This document shows positions 29,874 through 38,247 of a DNA stretch of 46,383 nucleotides, piece after piece. The notes beneath the pieces were generated by a model that saw only the letters and a program-made list of their open reading frames with translations, was not told the origin of the DNA and did not search any database. How positions within the stretch are numbered: the stretch's first letter is position 1; each line of letters starts with the position of its first letter. The stretch spans positions 1 through 46,383 of the IMG/VR virus record IMGVR_UViG_638341086_000015; one strand, given 5' to 3'. A program made the position numbers and the translations under genes. The DNA is from a virus (Duplodnaviria > Heunggongvirae > Uroviricota > Caudoviricetes).

Positions 29874-30587
29874 TCAATAATCAAGCCCTTGCCTGGATAC
29901 ATATCTGTCTGGCGGGAAGCCATAATAGCGGTGAAATACAGAAATAAAGTAGGACCAGCTTGAATAACCGCATTTTTCTGCTACAGCCTGTCCATATCCA
30001 TGCCGGGAACATAACATATTCACAGCAACACGCATCCGCTCTTCCAGCAACAAGCGACTGAACATGTGCCCTTCATTTTTCAGTTTTATCTTTAACAAAC
30101 TCTCACTCATATGCAGGCGTAACGCAATCGCACCAAGCGTCCAGCTTGCTGATATATCTGTCTGAATTATCGCCCTGACTTTGGCACTTATACTGGATAA
30201 ACATCCACTTAAAAATAATAATATCCGTTCATCTGATTCAAACAGCGACAGGCATGCCATCATAAGAAACATATCCGTGGTATCTCCGGAAAATCTCTGG
30301 CTGGTAATTAAAGCCTCAGCCAACGCAGGGTTGTTGGGTTCCAGTGACAGATAAAGCGGAACGTCAGTCAGATGAGTTCTTGTCAGCTTATGCTGAATTT
30401 CCAGATATTGACTTACTATGGAATGGTTTATATCGAAAATTTTAACTTTGCCATAATGCATAAGGAAAAGCGCCCTGATGCATTTGGTGGCCAGAACGAC
30501 TGAGCCGGGCTTAAGTGACAACGTATCCTTTTCAAGAAAAATATTAATTGGGGAGCAAACCATGATAACTGAACAGACAACAACCAT
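29874..30587 (-). CDS. AraC/XylS-family transcriptional regulator (prophage-borne PatE/Psr-like regulator)
   Basis: 237 aa; C-terminal paired HTH typical of AraC family (…YGQAVAEKCGYSSWSYFISVFHRYYGFPP); AT-rich gene between Q and the tRNAs. Confidence 0.75.
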   Translation of the reverse strand: MVVVCSVIMVCSPINIFLEKDTLSLKPGSVVLATKCIRALFLMHYGKVKIFDINHSIVSQYLEIQHKLTRTHLTDVPLYLSLEPNNPALAEALITSQRFSGDTTDMFLMMACLSLFESDERILLFLSGCLSSISAKVRAIIQTDISASWTLGAIALRLHMSESLLKIKLKNEGHMFSRLLLEERMRVAVNMLCSRHGYGQAVAEKCGYSSWSYFISVFHRYYGFPPDRYVSRQGLDY

Positions 30588-30724
30588 TATAATTTTACTT
30601 TCATTAGCAATTGGTTAGTTCAATTATAGCCCCAAAAGGTAAATTATCATCAACACATAAGCAAAGGACTGACAGGTGCCGCTAACACCCACCAGCCGCC
30701 CATTTACCACAAATAAAAAAGCCT

Positions 30725-30922
30725 TCAGGACTGAAGGCGTCTGTAACAACCGCACTGATAGTCTGCCAGACCCGCCATAACAAGCTGGGTCAGTATTAAC
30801 TGGCAGCGTTCGCGTGAAAGGTAAGTATTCTGCGCAATCTCCCCGACTGTCGCCGGTTCGGTGACGCTTAATTCATCAAACACAACTCTGGCGGTTTCTG
30901 TCATATCCTGCTGTTTCAGCAT
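30725..30922 (-). CDS. Small 65-aa protein, possible winged-helix DNA-binding regulator (PapI/FaeA-like pattern)
   Basis: TVGEIAQNTYLSRERCQLILTQLVMAGLADYQ resembles small winged-helix regulators; weak call. Confidence 0.35.
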   Translation of the reverse strand: MLKQQDMTETARVVFDELSVTEPATVGEIAQNTYLSRERCQLILTQLVMAGLADYQCGCYRRLQS

Positions 30923-31043
30923 GTCTTTTTACCCTTTCCGGTTAACGTGACACACCAATAACTCTTGCCGAAAAAGCCAGCAAGCTGAAAGACCTGTATT
31001 AATAACTACCAGCACATTTAACGCACTGCGCTACTTTGCGGGC

Positions 31044-31068
31044 ACAAAAAACCCGCTCAGAGGCGGGG
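31044..31068 (-). terminator. Rho-independent terminator after the CPBP protease gene
   Basis: CCCGCCTCTGAGCGGG followed by TTTTTTGTG on the - strand. Confidence 0.55.
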
Positions 31069-31208
31069 TCAAGCTATGCGGCGAAATAACCACTCTTAAC
31101 AGCATACCTGATTTTTTACGTACGTAAATGCTTTGCCGTGCATATTTTTCATGCAAATGTCACGTCCTGCTATTTTTCAGTCTTATAAATTTAAAACCAT
31201 AGAAAAAA

Positions 31209-32027
31209 TCAATTATGTTTTAAAAATGGATAGGTAAAGAATAACAAGTGACACAGATTCAAACCAAAATGGAAAAGGGTGGCAACCCACAAACGCCCAC
31301 TCCACATCCATGACAATCCATACACAACACCAGATAACGTGGCAAATAATACAAGTAAAGCACCACCTGAATAGTGATAAAAACCAAACAACAAAGCCGC
31401 CACAATTAATGCAACCAATGGAGACGTTACTTCTGATAGCCGTGATTGAATATACCCTCTAAATAATGATTCCTCTGCCAGAGACACAAAAAACAAATTA
31501 GCCAATATAAACTCTGGCAACCACTCAGGAAAATGAATCTCTGGCTTTAATCCACCAAAAAAAACAGCCAAAAACAGGATAAGAGGAACAGAGAGCGACA
31601 GAGCCCCCCACTTCCACAAAGACACTTCTGATTTTACTTCTTTTTTAAACAAAGAAGATGTACACAGGACTAACAAAAATGGCACCAGCGCTTTATCAAA
31701 ATTAAAATACATTGTATAGGGAGTACTTTGAGGGCCAACAGTAACAGAATTTAGCACTACAGGATTGTGAAACCCTGGCCATAGATGGAAAGATAATGCT
31801 ATGGCTGATAAAACTATGCCAACTTCATATATAGATTTAGCCCAGGCGTTATATTTCCAGTTGAACTTCAAAATAATAAAAAAAACGATTGTAGCAACAA
31901 AAAATAACACCGACCAATCAATAATATCATTAAGCACAGCCAGGACAACAGACACCGTCAACAATGAAAAAGCCACTACCTTATGCCAACTGAGAGTTGA
32001 CAGTGACAGTACTAACACAATCCACAT
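31209..32027 (-). CDS. CPBP-family intramembrane metalloprotease (CAAX protease / Abi-domain protein)
   Basis: Polytopic membrane protein with the three CPBP motifs: EExxxR (LAEESLFRGYIQ), FxxxH (FGFYHYSGG), HxxxN (HFGLNL). Strong AAGGAG ribosome-binding site before ATG 32027. Low GC. Confidence 0.75.
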   Translation of the reverse strand: MWIVLVLSLSTLSWHKVVAFSLLTVSVVLAVLNDIIDWSVLFFVATIVFFIILKFNWKYNAWAKSIYEVGIVLSAIALSFHLWPGFHNPVVLNSVTVGPQSTPYTMYFNFDKALVPFLLVLCTSSLFKKEVKSEVSLWKWGALSLSVPLILFLAVFFGGLKPEIHFPEWLPEFILANLFFVSLAEESLFRGYIQSRLSEVTSPLVALIVAALLFGFYHYSGGALLVLFATLSGVVYGLSWMWSGRLWVATLFHFGLNLCHLLFFTYPFLKHN

Positions 32028-32178
32028 AAGCACTCCTTTTATTTAATGATGAAGATTGATTATCAATATTTTCAATTCACCAGGCAACATTTTATCTACC
32101 TTCCACAATACATGACCATCAAAAAATAAACATGTTAATTATAAACACAGAAAACATAACCCTCATCACTATATATCC

Positions 32179-32550
32179 CTACCGCATATCCATATCTAAC
32201 CGGACATTCAGAGCCATAAGCATTCCTTCAATAATACCTTCCGCTTTATAAAGCCTTTTACCAATAAGCCCATCAGAACATCTATGCTTACGTGCAAGAG
32301 CCATAAATGTCATTCCACCTACGTAATAATCCACCAACAAATCGTGCAAATACTGATTATTCTTGTTTAATCGTGCCATACAACCACAAATTATCATGGC
32401 GTCATCATCAGAACACTGAGGACGTGATTTCACTTTAGTCGGGATTAATCCTTTAAAACCAGCAGCTATCGAGGGCCATGTTACATCTTCATGATTATTT
32501 GCTGCCCATGCCCCCCATCGCTCAAGAACCATCTGGATATCACGCGCCAT
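32179..32550 (-). CDS. Q: Late-gene antiterminator Q (QuuD / phage 82-type)
   Basis: [25 protein letters not shown]..., near-identical to recalled DLP12 QuuD; AGGTGG before ATG 32550 (track start 32559 is GTG). Confidence 0.85.
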   Translation of the reverse strand: MARDIQMVLERWGAWAANNHEDVTWPSIAAGFKGLIPTKVKSRPQCSDDDAMIICGCMARLNKNNQYLHDLLVDYYVGGMTFMALARKHRCSDGLIGKRLYKAEGIIEGMLMALNVRLDMDMR

Positions 32551-32911
32551 CGTTACCACCTCTGATTTCGTAAATCTTCACGCCCAGCCGTCCACCTGGC
32601 ACAGGCTGACCGCGCACAATATTGATTTCATCAAACTGCTCGTCATCAATGAGCACTTCCGCATGCGTCAGCGCATCCAGCGGTGCTTTCAGAATGTTGT
32701 CCAGGTCACGGCGGCGCTTATCCGGTGGTTCTGCAATAATTTTTATTGCCAGCCGTCCGGACAGGCTTAATTTCAGCCGCTGCTGGCGAACAATAAGCGC
32801 CACAGCCCGGCGATAACGCTCACCGGCTTTTGATACAAAATATGTGCTGCCACGACGTCGCCAGTAGGTGTTCACCGTCGGCGGGTAAGGCAAAACAAAC
32901 TCTATACGCAT
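32540..32911 (-). CDS. rusA: RusA-type Holliday junction resolvase
   Basis: 123 aa; PxxNxYW N-terminus, conserved DxDN ([10 protein letters not shown]), C-terminal GGRL. Confidence 0.85.
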   Translation of the reverse strand: MRIEFVLPYPPTVNTYWRRRGSTYFVSKAGERYRRAVALIVRQQRLKLSLSGRLAIKIIAEPPDKRRRDLDNILKAPLDALTHAEVLIDDEQFDEINIVRGQPVPGGRLGVKIYEIRGGNDGA

Positions 32912-32923
32912 CAGTAACCTCTT

Positions 32924-33973
32924 TTACCCGAGCACGCCGGTTGCAAAAGCGTGATCAAGAAAACGAAAAATTAAATCAACCTGGGAACCATGCTTTTCTT
33001 CGAACGCCAGCGGATCCGCATGAAGCTCGTTGTGATGCTCCCGACACAGCGGTAGCGTGAAAATATCGTGGGATTTTGTTCCCATTCCACCCTGACCATG
33101 ACCAATCAGATGATGAGGATCGTCCGCTGGCTTACCACAACACGCACACGGCTGTGTCTTTACCCAGCGTGTGTATTTCTCATTTACCCAGAGGCGACGT
33201 TTAGGTCGTTTCATGAAGGATTCCGGAGACTCCGGATCAACGGCAATGCTGACCACCGTCTTTTCCTGTGGTGGGTTCTGTTGCTGGTGGGTGTGAGGCG
33301 GTAGCGCAATATTTTTTGTGCGCTGCTTCAGTATGCTGGTGGCGGTCTGTTCTCCCGGTATGATGTCGCTTTCACGGTATACGGAGCGGATTTTTTCCGC
33401 CGGTAATCCCAGAGAACGACGCGATACTGCCTCAGGTAATGCGTCCACCACCTGATTGCAGACTGCCCACCAGGATAATTCAGCCAGCGATAATTCCCGT
33501 TCCTGTATGCCATTCATTGCGTGGCGGATGACGTCAATCATCCATGCTGACAGGTTTTGTTGAGCAAGTTGCTCAAGTGATTCGGATGTCTGGTCGCGCA
33601 GCTGGTTGTCGCAGTGCCAGCACAACACCATCGCGCCGGTACCGTAACGATGTATGACAGTTTCGCTGTGATGATAATCACCATGAGGCTACTGGCAGGA
33701 TTTAACGTGACGTAATAACCAGTCAGACAGTGCACCAGCGCCACCAGCAGCACGAATCACACGCTCATTGCTGAAAAATGGCAGTAATGATTTATCTTCC
33801 GCCAGCGGCTGGCGAACGGCAGGAACGACCCCGGACGGCAGATTACGCATGCTTTTCGGTTCAGACTCCACCAGCACCCTGCCGCCATGAAATACCCGCA
33901 TGGATTCACGGCCTGGCTTAACGATAACCAGACCGAGTTCCGGTACCAGAACAGGTCGAAGTAATACCCGCAC
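32924..33973 (-). pseudogene. ydfU-like (DUF968) gene interrupted by one in-frame amber (TAG) codon at about 33689-33691
   Basis: ORFs 33689-33973 and 32924-33631 are in the same frame, separated by a single TAG plus 19 sense codons; combined length 349 codons; C-terminal Cys/His-rich region (CACCGKP..HHLIGHGQGG..CREHHNELH). Confidence 0.55.
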
Positions 33974-33974
33974 A

Positions 33975-34253
33975 TTACCTCCAGATCCGTTGCTGGAATG
34001 TGCGGGACGGACGCGGTGGCCGTTCGGAGTAAGGGAGCCTGACGGAGATTATCCAGTGACGGTAGTCGAGGCTAAGGGCTTTTTTAACCTCGCATCCGCG
34101 CCTGCGGTAACACTGAATGAGCCATTCGGCCTGTTCTTCAGTGCATGGGGGATGCTGGTACCAGTCAGATTTGAATGCGTGAAAACACCGTCCGCGCCTG
34201 CTGGCAAAGACGGCAGAATCATCAGAATTGTATAATTTGGTATCGTGCGCCAT
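33975..34253 (-). CDS. Hypothetical nin-region protein (about 92 aa)
   Basis: Track ORF 33975-34334 starts at a non-ATG codon overlapping the hok terminator; start moved to internal ATG (MAHDTKLYN). Confidence 0.4.
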   Translation of the reverse strand: MAHDTKLYNSDDSAVFASRRGRCFHAFKSDWYQHPPCTEEQAEWLIQCYRRRGCEVKKALSLDYRHWIISVRLPYSERPPRPSRTFQQRIWR

Positions 34254-34325
34254 CGGTTGTCTCTGCTGGCGCAGCAGGTGCCAGTTGTTCAGGCTGGCGT
34301 GCGAATTGTAAACCAGAATGCCAGG

Positions 34326-34350
34326 AAAAAACAAAACCCGCCGAAGCGGG
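34326..34350 (-). terminator. Rho-independent terminator at the 3' end of the hok transcript
   Basis: - strand CCCGCTTCGGCGGG followed by TTTTGTTTTTT. Confidence 0.6.
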
Positions 34351-34420
34351 TTAAGTGCGGGTGCGTTGAGGATGCCTGATTCATCAGAGGTGGCGAGGGA
34401 TTTCTCCCCCGCCGGGTCTC

Positions 34421-34576
34421 TTACTCCTCAGGTTCGTAAGCTGTGAAGACAGCGACCTCCGTCTGGCCGGTTCGGACTCGTACCTCGCAGAGGTCTTTCC
34501 TCGTTACCAGTGCCGTCACTATGACGGTTAAACAGATGACGATCAGGGCGATTAACATCGCCTTTTGCTGCTTCAT
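34421..34576 (-). CDS. hok: Hok/Gef-family type I toxin (51 aa, single transmembrane helix)
   Basis: MKQQKAMLIALIVICLTVIVTALVTRKDLCEVRVRTGQTEVAVFTAYEPEE, near-identical in pattern to HokC/Gef. Confidence 0.85.
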   Translation of the reverse strand: MKQQKAMLIALIVICLTVIVTALVTRKDLCEVRVRTGQTEVAVFTAYEPEE

Positions 34577-34633
34577 AGCCTGCTTCTCCTTGCCTTTCGG
34601 CACGTAAGAGGCTAACCTACGTTTGTGAAGCAT
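34421..34633 (-). CDS. mok: Mok-like modulator frame (same frame as hok, N-terminally extended)
   Basis: 70-aa ORF co-terminal with hok, the arrangement recalled for chromosomal mokC/hokC. Confidence 0.6.
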   Translation of the reverse strand: MLHKRRLASYVPKGKEKQAMKQQKAMLIALIVICLTVIVTALVTRKDLCEVRVRTGQTEVAVFTAYEPEE

Positions 34634-34821
34634 AGATTGGGCCTCAGATTAATGTTAAGCGTCTTGCAGGACGCGTAATGTTAACTGGGGCTTTTCTCTG
34701 TCTGCCTTACGGTGGCATGCCCGAGGCAGACAGCCTCAAGCACCCGCAGCAATTCTACTTAACTCTCGCTTTACCGCAAACCGTTTTTACCCGATATGGG
34801 AATTCCCATATCGTAATGAAT

Positions 34822-34926
34822 TCAGTTCCCTAGTCGATCCATCAAAAACACAACCAGGCAGTAAACGCCCACAACAGCAACAACAGCCAGCGCACCTTCC
34901 ATTGCCAGTGATATATCATCCGACAT
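34822..34926 (-). CDS. Candidate 34-aa hydrophobic peptide upstream of hok/mok
   Basis: Not in ORF track. Read by eye: AAGGAGG 4-5 nt before ATG; product MSDDISLAMEGALAVVAVVGVYCLVVFLMDRLGN. Confidence 0.35.
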   Translation of the reverse strand: MSDDISLAMEGALAVVAVVGVYCLVVFLMDRLGN

Positions 34927-34967
34927 ATTCCCTCCTTTGGTGTTAATCCCGGCGAACGTTTTTACCC

Positions 34968-35045
34968 TCACCGACAAATAACATATACTAAAAAAGCGAT
35001 AGCCATAGCAACGCCTGTAATTGCAAATGCTTCAGGCCAGTTCAT
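34968..35045 (-). CDS. Candidate 25-aa hydrophobic peptide, start overlapping the stop of the upstream gene (ATGA)
   Basis: Not in ORF track. AGGAGG 7 nt before ATG; product MNWPEAFAITGVAMAIAFLVYVICR. Confidence 0.35.
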   Translation of the reverse strand: MNWPEAFAITGVAMAIAFLVYVICR

Positions 35046-35911
35046 TGGCGCACCTCCTGCGGCGGTTCTGGTAGAGGCATCCAGTGTGATGGTATCCACG
35101 ACGCACCAGGTATTATCCACCCATCATTAGCGTCAGGATGCCCCGGGATGTAAGTCGCCCATTTCATTCGCCAGTCACCTTTCCTGCCAAAATCCCTGGC
35201 AACAAGAACGGCTGTTTTGGTATCCGGCATTCGCTCACTACAGCTTATCCAACTATCCGGAGTTACCGGATAGTTGCCCGATAGTGCATTCTGCTCCAGT
35301 GATGCTTTTACAAACCACGCTGCCTGAACTATAACGCCATGAATCCAGCGCAAATCAGCATCGCGATCTTTCTTTTTCATCTTTTCGCCACTTAAGGCCT
35401 TGCTTATGTGGCTGCGTGCCAGGTCTTCATGTAATTCCTTCGCCTCCTCAATGGTGAAACCACCAGGCAGAAGAGCCGGAGTTACCGGAGAGCTGGTTGA
35501 CGCTTCCGGGATTTTCCGAAAATTATTGGTTGACGAATCTTTATTTTCCCGAAAGTTTCCGGACTGAAACATGGCTTCGCGGCAATCGTTCCAGCCTGTA
35601 GCGTATGCAGCCGCTTTGCTGCTGCCTTCAACTGGCGCATCCTGCCAATACATTTCTTCCGGCACTATCGGCGCTGGAGGGGCGGCAAATAGATATCCGC
35701 CAAAGTCAGGAAGCTCTCTAATGGCCTGTACAAATTTTTGTTTGCCTACGTCAACCCCTAATGGGTAATGAGCTATAATCTTTGCCACCGGCTCTGCTTC
35801 CAGCGATGCCAGCGCAATCCGTGCCAGTTCCATTTGTTCACCACGGGTAAGCCCGTTTTCAAGCGGATTTTTAATGAACAATTCAATACGTTCTTTGGTA
35901 ATAGTGGTCAT
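35042..35911 (-). CDS. Phage protein with C-terminal DUF551-like domain
   Basis: 289 aa; Trp/Pro-rich C-terminus (WIIPGASWIPSHWMPLPEPP); domain assignment from recall. Confidence 0.5.
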   Translation of the reverse strand: MTTITKERIELFIKNPLENGLTRGEQMELARIALASLEAEPVAKIIAHYPLGVDVGKQKFVQAIRELPDFGGYLFAAPPAPIVPEEMYWQDAPVEGSSKAAAYATGWNDCREAMFQSGNFRENKDSSTNNFRKIPEASTSSPVTPALLPGGFTIEEAKELHEDLARSHISKALSGEKMKKKDRDADLRWIHGVIVQAAWFVKASLEQNALSGNYPVTPDSWISCSERMPDTKTAVLVARDFGRKGDWRMKWATYIPGHPDANDGWIIPGASWIPSHWMPLPEPPQEVRQ

Positions 35912-35921
35912 GTGTTACTCC

Positions 35922-36185
35922 TTAACCCGCAGTGCTTTCAACTGATGAGGGGAACAAAATCTTTTCATCAAACCCTGCATTCATATCATGAACAGCAACA
36001 CACCAATCCATCGACGAACGATTATCAAGAGCCTCCATGATTTCATCCATGCGGCGTAGGTCATACAGGTAAATGCTTTTATCGCCAATGGTGTAAAAGC
36101 CAATTTTTTTCGGTGATGGACAGCGATCAAGAACTTCCTGTAATTCGTTCAACCATGCCCGTTCTTTTTTTGTCAAAGTTGCCAT
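35922..36185 (-). CDS. Hypothetical phage protein (87 aa)
   Basis: Start moved to ATG (MATLTKKERAW) with AAGGA 8 nt upstream. Confidence 0.45.
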   Translation of the reverse strand: MATLTKKERAWLNELQEVLDRCPSPKKIGFYTIGDKSIYLYDLRRMDEIMEALDNRSSMDWCVAVHDMNAGFDEKILFPSSVESTAG

Positions 36186-36436
36186 ATCAGTTTTCCTTAT
36201 ACGGATTAATTTTATTGTGCAGTGTGTTGAATGACGCCCATACCACGTCGTTATACAATTCAATAACTGGCTCAATTATTTTTCCGATTATCCAGACTAG
36301 GATTAACGGGGATATCGGTATCATCAACACGATAAACAGAATGAGAAACAGAAATTCTGTTGTTCTACTCTTTCGCGGATATTTTTTCTAAATAATGTGA
36401 CCATTCATTACCGCCCTTTCGGGCGGCCTCCTGACA

Positions 36437-36649
36437 TTAATCGTTGTGATAACTCATAGCTTCATTTGCAGCATCAACTGGATCAACCTCCCTCCAGCAA
36501 TAATTTGGGTCGGCTCCTTCAGGCGTCCACGGTTCTAATTCATTTTTTGCCGCATTCTCATCGCCAGTAATTTTAAAAATCTGCTCAGAGAATTTTCTTG
36601 CCCACTCGTTATATTTTTCCGCATTAATGGCTTTCTGTGTATTTAACAT
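36437..36649 (-). CDS. Hypothetical phage protein (70 aa)
   Basis: ORF with GGAGG ribosome-binding site. Confidence 0.45.
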   Translation of the reverse strand: MLNTQKAINAEKYNEWARKFSEQIFKITGDENAAKNELEPWTPEGADPNYCWREVDPVDAANEAMSYHND

Positions 36650-36699
36650 AAATACACCTCCAGTTAAGGATTAGATTTTATTTACAGCGCTAAATTTAT

Positions 36700-37056
36700 T
36701 TATTCAGTTCTGGATTTTGTCACCCTGCGTATCCGCGCTTTCGCGTTACGCTCAATCTGAATTAACTTTTCTATATTTTTCCGCCTTTCCTGTTCCTCCT
36801 GGCGCAATAGCTTTACATCATCTGCCAGCCTAGTTTCTCTTTTCGCCACAGAGAGCATCCAGTCAAATGGCTCCACAACTGCACCGCAGATTTTACAGCG
36901 GACCTGACGCTCTTTTTCGTCAACCCGGACAGAGGCGTGATGACAATATGGTCTTTCCGATGGCTCATAAAGAAAATTAACCTGATTACGAGGGTCATCC
37001 TCTTTTACCGGAAATAAAACGATATTGCTTAACTCATCCTCTGGTTTTATTTCCAT
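36700..37056 (-). CDS. Hypothetical phage protein with CxxC...C motif (118 aa)
   Basis: ORF with strong AAAGGAGAGGAG ribosome-binding site; VRCKICGAV motif. Confidence 0.45.
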   Translation of the reverse strand: MEIKPEDELSNIVLFPVKEDDPRNQVNFLYEPSERPYCHHASVRVDEKERQVRCKICGAVVEPFDWMLSVAKRETRLADDVKLLRQEEQERRKNIEKLIQIERNAKARIRRVTKSRTE

Positions 37057-37495
37057 GCTCCTCTCCTTTGATGCGAATGCCAGCGACGCGTAATGCGTGT
37101 TCTAGGTCAATCAGGTAAAGCCAACTGCCATTTTCTTTAGGTATCATGACATGTCGCTCATCTGCATTTATCGGGTGTCCATATCGAAGGTCGTAGCGAG
37201 TCGGTAATTGAACTTCCCGCGCATCCAGTTCAGCAATACGCTTGCTCCCATCAGAGATAACGCCTTCGTAATACTCACGCTGCTCGTTGAGTTGTGATTT
37301 TGCTTCTTCCAGTCCATCCAGCAAACCAGCGATAATATCCGCTTCCCGATGACGGATATGACGCTTAAACGCAGCAAGAGCCGCATCACAATCCCGTTCA
37401 GCATTTGGGCTGTCCGGGGTAGCCTGATACCACGCCAGCGTCGACTGATAGTTTTGTGCTGCCTCACGAAGCGCCTCATAGTTAACCTCTCTCAT
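37034..37495 (-). CDS. Hypothetical phage protein (153 aa)
   Basis: ORF with AGGAGGTG ribosome-binding site; tightly packed with neighbours. Confidence 0.45.
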   Translation of the reverse strand: MREVNYEALREAAQNYQSTLAWYQATPDSPNAERDCDAALAAFKRHIRHREADIIAGLLDGLEEAKSQLNEQREYYEGVISDGSKRIAELDAREVQLPTRYDLRYGHPINADERHVMIPKENGSWLYLIDLEHALRVAGIRIKGEEHGNKTRG

Positions 37496-37788
37496 TGAGC
37501 CACCTCCTGATAAATCACCGCATGCCCCAGTTTCTCCGCCAGTGCCAGCTCTGCCTTAGCGCCCGCTGACCGCTGCCAGCCATTCAGCATGTAAATCGCA
37601 TCCACACAACGAATCATTGCCATGCAAATATCCATGTAGTGCGGCTGTGTCAGCCCGTCCGGAAGTACTGCCGGGTTTAAGACGGTATGCCCTTCCCGTT
37701 TCAGTTCCTCTTCCACCTTGTGAAATGCCTCACGGTTGAAATTTTCATATCCCGTCATTGGACCGGCAATATAAACTCTCACCCTCAC
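37492..37788 (-). CDS. DUF4406-like protein (nucleoside 2-deoxyribosyltransferase-like fold)
   Basis: 98 aa; YIAGPMTG...NF..F...LNP pattern; GTG start after AGGAGG. Confidence 0.5.
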   Translation of the reverse strand: MRVRVYIAGPMTGYENFNREAFHKVEEELKREGHTVLNPAVLPDGLTQPHYMDICMAMIRCVDAIYMLNGWQRSAGAKAELALAEKLGHAVIYQEVAQ

Positions 37789-38207
37789 TCCATCACCTCC
37801 TGAAAGTTTCCCCGATAGAACGCCAGCACACGCTGCATAACTTCGCTCCTCCTGCTCTCACGACAAATTATGTTCTGGTGCCTGTCGTAGCGGCGTATTT
37901 CGCCGTCTGGTAACGACCAGATAAGGTCCGGATCAACCACTGCAGGTTTCTTCAGCTTTGCCCTTGAGAGCTTTTTACGGGTATTTTGCCAGTCCTTACG
38001 CGCCTGTTCAGACGGGAATAACCCGTAACCAGAGTTGTATACATCGCCACTGGCAACCAGCTCTCTGGCCAGAACGCTCATCAGATATCTTGTTGCCCCA
38101 GTTTTAGCTTCCAGTTGTCGTAACGTCTCGCGCCCACTCTGGCGTACGAGTTCAAGAGCCTGCCCTTTAATTTTTTCCCGCTCTTCTTGTGTAAAAACTT
38201 TTGCCAC
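37785..38207 (-). CDS. Hypothetical phage protein (140 aa), directly downstream of the replication initiator gene
   Basis: ORF with GGAGGG before the start; function unknown. Confidence 0.45.
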   Translation of the reverse strand: MAKVFTQEEREKIKGQALELVRQSGRETLRQLEAKTGATRYLMSVLARELVASGDVYNSGYGLFPSEQARKDWQNTRKKLSRAKLKKPAVVDPDLIWSLPDGEIRRYDRHQNIICRESRRSEVMQRVLAFYRGNFQEVME

Positions 38208-38247
38208 AAGCCCTCCTGAAAATTACCTCATGACCAGAAATTAACAC

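Noticed and set aside
33538-33975. Alternative - strand ORFs (71-72 aa) in other frames of the ydfU-like region
   Set aside because: Out of frame with the two co-framed ORFs that together match a 349-codon gene; Cys/Trp-rich junk-like sequences.
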